This document shows, in pieces, positions 53,490 to 64,000 of a stretch of DNA of 64,000 nt (its first letter is position 1; every line of letters begins with the position of its first letter). The stretch comes from Octopus sinensis. Lineage: Eukaryota. The position numbers and the translations under genes were made by a program. The notes below the pieces were generated by a model, which was given only the letters and a program-made list of their open reading frames with translations, had not been told where the DNA came from and ran no database searches. Location of the stretch: positions 88,722,001 to 88,786,000 of the forward strand of contig NC_043004.1 in the NCBI RefSeq assembly GCF_006345805.1, read 5' to 3'.

Positions 53490-55411
53490 TATTTTCATTA
53501 TCATCTTCTTTCAATTCTGTTTCCATTTGTTGCCGAGTGGCTTCTTGATACCTAGGGCAAAGAAACGCATTGTACACATTGGTAGGTCATTAAAATAAAC
53601 ACACCAGATTGTTCATTTACAAAGTCATGTAATAGAGAAAAGGGGAAGAAAGACAGAGAGAAAAAGGTAAGATAAAAATAAAAAAAGTAAACAAAGAAAA
53701 TAGAGGGAGGAAGGAAATAAAATTCACAGCGACAATACTCTTCTCAATACGTGCGATGTACCAGTTAAGACAATCTTTTACACTTCGCGCGTGGATGGTA
53801 AGCCAGGAATAATTTTCAGCTCCTTTTTTGATCATTTCAAGTGCCCCTATAATCACTGGTATTGTAACTGTCTTGAGATGCCACATCTTTTCGAATTCGA
53901 TTAGCAAATTTTTATATTATCTGAGCTTATCAAAGTCTTTTGCCGAGATGTTACGGTCGCAGAGTATGCTCATATGAATCAATATACATACTTTATTGTT
54001 TTGGTCTTTCACAACAATATCTGATTTATTTGCTTTGACGTTCCGATGTGTACATACTGGAAAGACCCAAAGAATCGTTACATTTTCTCCTTCAGTTACA
54101 TCCTCGGGGTGGTACTTGTACCATTTGTCTGCAGATTTCATTTTATAATGCCAACACATTAACCAATGTAGATATTGGTCAACTCTGTTTGTCATGTCTT
54201 GATTTGTACTCTACAGGTGCTAAAACTTACATCCAGAGATTAGGTGTTCCACTGCTTCAATCTCATCGTTGCAATATCGGCACTTTGGGTCTACTCCATT
54301 TTTCATCACATTGACATGATAGTGCTGGGTCAATAAGCTCTGGTCTTGAGCAACCAAGATAAAGCCTTCACTCTCTGCCTTTAGCCCAAAGCACTGTACT
54401 CACTGATGGGTGTGCGTCTGGTCTACATCAGTTTGTTTGATACGGACCACATATTTGCCACGCAAAGGTTTTTGTTCCCACCTATCAGCCAATTGCTCAA
54501 GGCATTTTACTTTGACATTGATTTCACCTCTTTGCAACTACAGATTCCGCGCTTCCATCAAGCTGTTCAATCTAGATATAATGCATAAACTCACTTGAAA
54601 ATTTCTTGCTTTCCTTCATAACAGAATGAAGCTTCTTACGTCTTTCGTGGTTTTCAACTAGCTTTAGCTTCCAGTCGTTAGATGTTTTAAAATACTTTTC
54701 CAGTCCAATTGTGGTGGTTTTGTACGAGATTTCAAATTGGATTTCGTCTCGACCTCCTTGAGCTCTGGGTTGGTAAAAACAATCTGCGTCTGCTTTTGGG
54801 TGGTGTATCCTGTTGCAAATCAGCAGCTTACGGATTTTCCCGTCAGTCTTCCTTATTTCGTTTATATTCCAGTTCATCACATTGAAACTGTAAATAACAA
54901 TCGGAACTGCCAAGGAATTTGTAGCTAACACTTTGTTACATGCATTTAACTAGGATTTTAGGACTACTCAAACTCTCCTGTAATATTCCTTCCTCATCTC
55001 TTTCGTGCTTGCATGCTGAATGCCAGAGTCCTCCTTTATTCCGAGGTATTTGGAAGTTTGTTCCTGCTCGACTTCTTTTATAACTGTGACAGCATCCAAC
55101 ACCACTGAATGCGAGGTCTTCAGACCATGACACAGTTATCAAACCCAAGTTCCATCCCGATGTTATCACTGATTGTTTTCACAATACGTCTTTGCCACAG
55201 AGTACAGGTGACTTATTTTCTTGTCGCCAATTTTATATCCATGCCCTGTTCTGTTAAGTTCACTTGTAAGGGATATTAGGGCTATGCAAAAAGTTAAAGG
55301 TGTGAGTCACCTTCGAAAATGATATTAATATCTGTTGTGGTCAGTACTCCATTAGAGTGGTATAATTGGAGATTCGTATTCCACACTGATATATTGTGCT
55401 TCAGGAAGTTT
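53490..55411 (-). mobile_element. Dong/R4-type non-LTR retrotransposon (RT C-terminal part, zinc knuckle, RLE, 3' UTR), 5'-truncated and decayed
   Basis: ATNSLAVPIVIYSF..IHHPKADAD..PRAQGGR, ILWVFPVCT..KANKSDIVVKD..CILI, EFEKMWHLKTVTIPVIIGAL; TAA-rich tail near 53490. Confidence 0.88.
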
Positions 55412-55769
55412 GATATGTGCATCTCTGACCATGAGCAGAAGTAGTTAGGAAGCATCATAGCCATGTGTTGAGAGAGATTCTTTGGGATTTGAAAAATTCA
55501 CCTCTGGAAACATGGGTGTCTCGTTCAACATCCTTAAACAACCCTATTCAGGGACCTTTTGAGCAGGATGGGTTACTCAACCAGAAGAAACCTCTAACTG
55601 GGCCCCACCTGCATGGTCATGTGCTGTTTATCTTGATATGAGCTTACCATGTCGCGCACATATGGTTGTGATGCATGTGCCTAGTGTACCTTCATCAGAC
55701 GGGTAGTCATGATGGGATTCGTATATTTTACCCCAGTGTCACTTTGATGGCATGCACTGCTCTCTCACA
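55412..55769 (+). repeat. 5'-truncated copy of the 556-bp (TAA)n-associated repeat
   Basis: Reverse complement of ~51787-52152; ends ...GCTCTCTCAC followed by (TAA/TAG)n. Confidence 0.85.
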
Positions 55770-55802
55770 TAATAATAGTACTAATAATAATGATAATAAT
55801 AA

Positions 55803-55855
<53 letters not shown>

Positions 55856-56059
55856 ATTATATATATGTGTGTGTGTGTGTGTGTATGTGTATGTATGTAT
55901 ATATATATATATATAATATATATATTTCATCATTGTATTTTTGAATTTTTTACTTTTTATAGTTTTATTATGGTTTACAGTTTTTGTAATTGTGCAGTTT
56001 GTGTATATTGGCAGATGCTTATCTCCTTAATTTTTATCGCGCGTTTAATAATGTTGTTG

Positions 56060-56335
56060 CAATAAAATGTATGTTTACATATTCGAGTAGTCAGGGAGAA
56101 AAGAAGGATTAAAATTTTCACAGGAAATTATAGATATTAAAGTTTCAGTATTTTCTAAGGATGATCGTTTGTATGTCCGAACAGAGAAAACTGTAGCGTT
56201 ATTTCAATAAAAAGTATGTTTACATTTTCGAATAGTCAGGGAGAAACGAAAGAATAGATATTCACGGAAGTTGCAGATATTAAAGTTTTTAAAGATGATC
56301 GTTTGTGTGTTCATCCTGAGAAAACTGTAGATATA
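56060..56335 (+). repeat. ~146-bp tandem repeat, 2 diverged copies
   Basis: CAATAAAA.GTATGTTTACAT.TTCGA.TAGTCAGGGAGAAA...GATGATCGTTTGT...GAGAAAACTGTAG occurs twice. Confidence 0.8.
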
Positions 56336-56516
56336 TAAGTTTCTTAACTTATTTTGAGGGAAATTTAAAATGCTCAGAGGAAATTGTAGATGTTCCAGTT
56401 TTTGAGAGTTATTTTCCCGTTGTCCTGCTGGGTTATATTAGTATTTCTGTGACTTCGGCTACCGACTGGTCATAGCAACGAAGAACACGTCCTCATCATC
56501 ATCATCATCATCATCA

Positions 56517-56553
<37 letters not shown>

Positions 56554-56758
56554 AGACGGTGAACTGGCAGAATCGTTAGAACGCCGGGAAAAATATTTAT
56601 CGGCATTTCGTCCGTCTTTACGTTCAAAATTCGCTGGCGTCGACTTTGCCTTTCATCCTTTCGGGGTCGATAAATTAAGTACCAGTGAAACATTGGTGTC
56701 TATGTAATCAACTGGTCTCCTCCCGCAAATTTCGGGCCTTGTGCCTATAGTAGAAAGG

Positions 56759-56762
<4 letters not shown>
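56554..56762 (+). mobile_element. SINE family B, embedded in (ATT)n
   Basis: GGTGAACTGGCAGAATCGTTAG...CCTATAGTAGAAAGG(ATT)n. Confidence 0.85.
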
Positions 56763-56823
<61 letters not shown>

Positions 56824-57431
56824 CATTCCATCAATGTGTGGACGCTGGTTGCTCTCGTTCATACTTTACGTTTAAATTTCTGTAATTTTGTATTTTTATC
56901 ACTTCTTATTTTGTACTTGACTAAGACAGACATACTGTTGAAATATCGTTAAACTAATAAAATATCATACAATCGACTTGACTATTATAGAGAGGTTTAT
57001 TAAAGGCACTGAACTAGCAGAATCGTTTGGACCCCAGATACAAAATGCTTAACAGCATTTCTTCCGGCTCTCGTGACGTATCTGTCTTTTTACACGGGTA
57101 ATCGGGTTCCATGACGTATACGTGACCCAGATTACAACATTCCCCCTGAACAGGAAGCCGGTTGGTCGCAGGGTAACTTATTTGCAGGTGAGTCGACTGG
57201 AGCATCGAGAAATAAAGTATTTTGCCTAAGAATACATCGCTATACCCGGTCTGGGAATCGAAATTACTGTATTACGATTGTGAGAGCAACAGCTTAAACA
57301 CTAGACTAGGCACCTCCATCAATATATATGTGTGTGTGTGTGTGTATGTGTGTGTATATATACACACACATATATATATATACATATATATATATAAAAT
57401 CATAAATATATACATATATGCCTGCATATAC

Positions 57432-57462
<31 letters not shown>

Positions 57463-57577
57463 CACATATATACATATATACATATTATACATATACATAT
57501 ATACATACATATATAGATATACACATATATATATATACATACATATATATATATATTTTTATATATTTATATCTAGG

Positions 57578-57786
57578 TGTCTCTGTGTCTGTGTTTATCC
57601 CCACACAGTCGCTTGACAACTGATGTTAGTGTGTTTACGTCCCCGTGACTTAGCGGTTCGACAGACAGCCCGATAGAATAAGTAGCAGGCTTACAAACAA
57701 TAAGGCCTGTGGTCGATTTCTTCTAGTAAAAGGCAGTGCTCCAGCATGGCCACAGTCAAATGACTGGAACAAGTAAAATAATAAAA

Positions 57787-57790
<4 letters not shown>
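57578..57790 (+). mobile_element. SINE family A 3' half
   Basis: CGCTTGACAAC...CTTAGCGGTTCG...CCAGCATGGCCACAGTCAAATGACT. Confidence 0.8.
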
Positions 57791-57838
<48 letters not shown>

Positions 57839-57869
57839 GTATGTGTTTACCTGTGCAAATCTATTATAT

Positions 57870-57903
<34 letters not shown>

Positions 57904-58136
57904 GTATTGTAAATTATATACATACATACACACACTTTTCGTCGTCGTATCATAGTTGTTATAACTGACTATTAAACATTATAAACATTATAATGTTTAC
58001 CATTGTTTGTGAATGATGTTTTTCCTTCGTTTTATTAGCCATGTTTTGTTGTCGATGCCGCCATTATTTTTTACTACTTTGCTTAATGATTACTTGATTA
58101 AATGTGTGTGTGTGGGTGTGGCTGTGTGTGTGTGTA

Positions 58137-58191
<55 letters not shown>

Positions 58192-59167
58192 AGTGTGTGT
58201 GTGTGGTATTCTTGCTCCAAGTATATTTACTGTGGCTTTACTTTTGTTAGTCTTAACATTTTATGGTCGCAGCAAAATCTCTTAAATTAGTTTCATTTAC
58301 TTTTATTGCTTTCTTTTATTTTGTTCCATACTTGAATTGTTATGAATATCTAATAGATTGTTTATTTGAACCCAGAGTAATGGAACCTGTCTACATAACA
58401 TTTACCATTTTCTATCAAAGTTCTAACACCTGCAAGTCAACTACAACTTCATTGTTTCCTCACAAAGCAATAACATTTCCTTCCCGTATCCTCTCCGTCG
58501 CCGTTTATTAGAGAAGAACCCAATGAAAAATTCTAAAAAGATAAAATGTTATTAGTTGTTAGCTATGATTCTCACTATTGTAAATCTTTTAAACGTCTGA
58601 TTAAAATAAATAAAAGCTATCAGACAATAGCGATCAACGAATGCCGAAAGCTTCTGATACAAAGGAAATAGGTATTTAAAATATTTCCGTTTGAGTAGTG
58701 TATGCTCTACAAAACGTGGGAAGAGATTGTTGAAATTGGAAATAATAAAACCTTGGTTTTTAACACAAGAGAAATTGTATTTCATGTAAAAGGTTATAAT
58801 AGCTTATGTAAAATGTGCAACGAAATTTGACAGTTTATACCTGAGGACATATACATTGCTTCAAAATATATCATTGCACTGTTTAGTTGAAAAAGGATAC
58901 GAAGATGAGAATATGACGTATGCTGAATATTCATCCAATTTCAGAATATATTAGTAAGTAAACATATGGCTAATAATATCAAATATTGCAGGAAACCAAA
59001 CACTAAATTGCCATGAGCATTAAGATCCCCACATATGAAATTATAGGATGTAGTTTTCCATAGATGAAAAATATACCTCAGCTACGTGATATATCATTGT
59101 ATAATGTCATAGGAGAAACGGAGTCCATAGTTGTGAAATAAACCTTTTCTGAGGATAGTGAACTATA

Positions 59168-59575
59168 GGCGTAGGAGTGGCTGTGGGGTAAGTAGATTGC
59201 ATACGAACCACATGGTTCTGGGTTCAGTCCCACTGCGTGGCATCTTAGGCATGTGTCTTCTACAATAGCCTCGGGCCGACCAAAGCCTTGTGAGTGGATT
59301 TGGTAGACGGAAACTGAAAGAAGCCCGTCGTATATATGTGTATATATATATGTGTATGTGTGTGTATATATGTTTGTGTGTCTGTGTTTGTCCCCCCAAC
59401 ATCGCTTGACAACCGATGCTGGTGTATTTACGTCCCCGTAACTTAGCGGTTCGGCAAAATAGACCGATAGAATAAGTACTAGACTTACAAAGAATAAGTC
59501 AGGGGGTCGATTTGCTCAACTAAAGGCGGTGCTCCAGCATGGCCACAGTCAAATAACTGAAACAGGTAAAGAGAA
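59168..59575 (+). mobile_element. SINE family A, full length
   Basis: Near-identical to 48210-48625. Confidence 0.9.
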
Positions 59576-59850
59576 TATAATATGAATCTTCAACACATAC
59601 CTCAAAAACATAGCGTGATGAATACATTTCATTCAACAACACCAGGTTATATTAATAATGATTACACTTTAAACACAGGCATGGCAATTAAGAATTTCGT
59701 TTCGCGGGTACGTGATTTTTTGGTTCAATCCGAGTGAATGGCACCTTCAGCAAATGTCTTCTACGACAGTCACAGACTAAAGTACGAAGTACATGTGGGT
59801 AAAAATGATAGAATAGTTTAAACAGTGGTGTGTGTGCGTGTGTGTGTGTG

Positions 59851-59926
<76 letters not shown>

Positions 59927-60088
59927 ATGCATCCTTTAAGTTTCTTTAACGGAAACGTTTTGAATATGCATTTAAAAGCTCCCAGATACACCCTAATGAT
60001 ACTAACTGCAGTTTTAGCGGGGTTGCACCGAGCTAAACCAATATAATGTAAGATTAATATAATAATAATGATGATTGTGATGATGAGG

Positions 60089-60392
60089 ATCCATGGATGT
60101 AATTTTTAAATATTTTAATGCATAACTACGGGCGTTTCCACAAACCACATGTTTCTTACGCTCATAGTCCGTATACCTGAACTGATTGTGGTATAGTCCA
60201 TAGTATGCACGGACGTCGGATAGATCACATTCACGCGTTCATTTCTTCAGGTGATATAACATTAACGTCCGGGGATACTAGGAACTGTACTGTAATTGTC
60301 CCAGGAATACGGACTATGATCGTAAGAAATATGTGATTTGTGGAAACGTGCGTAGTTATTCATTAAAATTATAATAAATTCCATCCATGGAT
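60089..60392. repeat. ~305-bp imperfect palindrome, MITE/fold-back-like
   Basis: ATCCATGGATG...ATAACTACG..CGTTTCCACAAA.CACAT.TTTCTTACG.TCATAGTCCGTAT mirrored by ATACGGACTATGA.CGTAAGAAA.ATGTG.TTTGTGGAAACG..CGTAGTTAT...CATCCATGGAT. Confidence 0.85.
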
Positions 60393-60518
60393 TATTTTCC
60401 TTTTTTCTCATTTCATTATTATATGTAAATCCCCACACTTTATGTCTGTCTCTATATTGTCCCCCTCATCCATCGCCCTTGTAGCAAATAAATGAAATCC
60501 TTATTATTATTATTTTCA

Positions 60519-60552
<34 letters not shown>

Positions 60553-60714
60553 AAAACTATATGAGGAGTGCGACTGTTACCGAAGGAACAACGTCGTGTG
60601 TCTTCCACAAGTTCATAATAATCATCTCAATCCACTTCATTTTAGTAATATTTAAAGTCACACTCTTTTTATTGATTCTTTCCCTCAATCCTTAATCATT
60701 ATTATTATTATTAC

Positions 60715-60748
<34 letters not shown>

Positions 60749-62181
60749 GAAAACTGCAATCAATATAATCAAGTGAAAACCATTCACGGCATTGCTCCAG
60801 CATGGCCAGAATCTAAGAAAATAAACAAGTAAAAGTGGGCAACAAAGAGACACATCTTGTCGCTATACTCTGATAATAAACAACGCATAGTAAATTCTTT
60901 TCAGATTCACTGTATTTGCCAGGTCTGATAACTTCAGACGCGTCTTCGCTATTAGTCACACATGGCAACAGCGATTAGCATAATCATGTTCGAATATACC
61001 GGAACGTATTAAGAATGAAAATGGGAGGTCATTGTTTTGATTTTTTCTCTTTTCTCTGTATACATGATGACTAATTATAAACAAATTTTGTATTCAAAGA
61101 ACGGAATTTCAAATTCAGTGTCTCTAGATACTTCAGCTTTAGGTAGTTCTTGACTCTCTGCTGGCCATGCATGCATCCCATCTAAGAGTAATTGTTCTCC
61201 ATCGAATACATTAATAACTCTTTTTACTAATAGGCACAATACCTGAAATTTGGAGGTAGGGGGTTAGTCGATTACATTGACACCAGTGCACAACTGGTAT
61301 TTATTTTATTATCAACGAAAGGATGAAAGGCAAAGTTGACCTCGACAGGAATTTAAACTCAGAACGTGAAGAAGGACGAAATGCCACTAAGCTTCAGTGC
61401 ACAATTATGAATTGAACCAACTACTGAGCTCTTTATGCAGTAGATCAACATGCTAGAAATAGCGGCCAAAACGTCCTCAAATCGCAGCCAATGGTTTGAA
61501 AAATAATTTTTGATCTACAAAAACTGGTATGATCACTATTGAAACAACTTTGATGATAGGTCCGTATCATCGAGGCTGATTTTGTTTTAAACAACATAGA
61601 TTTGGATATGCTTTGTCCTCTCTCTTTCTCTCTCTCTTTATCTATATATCTATCTTTCTATTTTTTCTATTTCTATTCTTTCTCATTCTCTCTCTCTGTC
61701 TATTTCTATCTATCGCTTTCTCTCTCACTATCACTCTATCTCTCTACTCTCTCTTTCACTCTCTCTTTCTTTCTTTTCCTCTTTCTGTCTATCTCCATCA
61801 CATTCTTTCTCCTTCACTCTCTCTCTCTCTCTTTCATTCTCACTCACACTCTCTCCCTCTCTCTCTTTCTATCTACCCATCCATTTACCCTTCTATCTAT
61901 TTACCTACCTACCTATCTTTCTTTCCCTTTTCTTCCGCAACAGTAATAGTTCCTATTCCTCTTCTGAACTTCTGGTACAAAATACTTTAATAATAATTCT
62001 TCCTTTGCGCAAGTTGTTTGCATGGTAACTGAAAATTACTTGTTCACTGCACATGGAAACTTAAAAATTACCGGTACATTTCACACAGGAAGTTAAAATT
62101 TACCGATGGACTTTGCATAGGAAATTTAAAATTACTGTTACAAGTCAAAAATTGGCGGTACTTTTCGCATGGACAATTTAA

Positions 62182-62390
62182 AGCGGTGAGCTGGGAGAAT
62201 TGTTAGCGCGTCAGGTAAAATGCTTAATGATATTTCTTCCGGTTCTTCACTTTCTGTGTTCAAATTCCACCGAGATACGTTTTGCCTTCCACACATTCGG
62301 AATCGATAAAACAAGTACCACATGAGCGCTGGGATCAATATAAGTCGACTTACCCTCTCCACGTGAAAAGTACTGGTTTTGTGCCAAAAT
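62182..62390 (+). mobile_element. SINE family B, diverged
   Basis: GCGGTGAGCTGGGAGAATTGTTAGC...GTTCAAATTCC...TGTGCCAAAATT. Confidence 0.75.
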
Positions 62391-62500
62391 TATGGGAACA
62401 TTTCATTTGGAAATTCAAAAATAATTCGCGAATTATGGTAAGTTAAAACTGGCTGGTGCACATCAAATGTAGAGTTTTGTAAAGAAGACAATGTTTTGCA

Positions 62501-63148
<648 letters not shown>

Positions 63149-63829
63149 CAATGTGGTGCCCCAGCATGGCCGTAGTCTAATGGCGTAACAAGTAAAAGAT
63201 AAAAGATAATCTAGGGGAAATATTCCCTATTTTTGTTTAATTATTATGGAGTATAATAAAATAATGACAACTCATTTTTCAAAATGATCGACCATTAATA
63301 TGCAATTCTAAATATTTGAATTATGCTTCAAAACCCTTCGACCAACCTAGAAACCCTTTGCAGCTCTCCGTTTGGCCGCAGTCTAATGACTGAAACAAAT
63401 AAAAGATTAAAGATATATATCTATATATGGAAGAATTTTAAAATTTTCCAGAGACGAGAAAAAAATCGTTTTGACAGTGGAACGTGAAGTAAATATAGTT
63501 ATAAATAATAACGTGTGAATGCTGAGTACAAAACCCATGGACGGAAAATTCGGAGGTTAAGGTAGAGATTAGTTACTGTCAAATTTGTTGTCTTTTAACG
63601 AAATCAATAGCTTCCACTCTAAAACAATAAATACGATAATGCGATATCACGCCGCTACGATTTCCTTGTTCATGTTTTACCTCAAGAGCAGACTAACAAT
63701 ACCTAGTATTGTTCTTTCTTGATGGTCACGAATATCTCAGATATATTTTTGAATTACCGAATGTGATGGATTGAAAAGCGTGTTTTACCTGAATCACTGT
63801 CTCTCTGATGATAATATACAATCAAAGAA

Positions 63830-64000
63830 GGCAGCGAGTTAGCAGAAGCGTTAGCATGCCGGGCGAAATGCTTAGAAGTATTTCGTCTGTCTTTACGTTC
63901 AGAGTTCAAATTCCGCCGAGGTCGACTTTGCCTTTCATCCATTCGGGGTCGATAAATAAAGTACCAGTTAATCCCTTTGTCTGTCCTTGTTTGTCCCCTC
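63830..64000 (+). mobile_element. SINE family B (cut by the window end)
   Basis: GGCAGCGAGTTAGCAGAAGCGTTAGCATGCCGGGCGAAATGC... Confidence 0.85.

Noticed and set aside
60905-60990. Acceptor-like TTCTTTTCAG followed by (R)FTVFAR, a candidate next (83-nt) channel exon
   Set aside because: No Cys-loop signature (C-x-M-x-L-x-x-F/Y-P-x-D-x-Q-x-C), and the frame hits a stop.

Overview
This is eukaryotic, very AT-rich DNA, saturated with microsatellites and transposon remnants. The SINE families and (TA)n/(CA)n/(GATA)n/(TAA)n load resemble an octopod cephalopod genome (inference, not verified by search). Only one host exon is supported: a 221-nt + strand exon (53218-53438) encoding loops D, A and E of a GABA-A/GRD-like Cys-loop ligand-gated ion channel, so most of the window is probably intron. 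A ~4.1-kb head-to-head Penelope-like element (PLE; RT plus C-terminal GIY-YIG) has ~1.7-kb near-identical inverted arms and an unusually long insertion between RT motifs A and B'. About eight hammerhead-ribozyme-like motifs sit in short PLE-type repeats. Other elements: one apparently complete non-autonomous Helitron, a fragmented autonomous Helitron, Dong/R4-type RLE LINE fragments with a co-located 556-bp (TAA)n-associated non-coding element, RTE, mariner/Tc1, hAT and Gypsy remnants, two abundant tRNA-derived SINE families, several fold-back palindromes, a SINE-derived 32-bp array and two recent tandem duplications. Most ORFs in the supplied track are microsatellite translations. No prokaryotic system or CRISPR array is present. 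Repeat boundaries were read by eye and are approximate.
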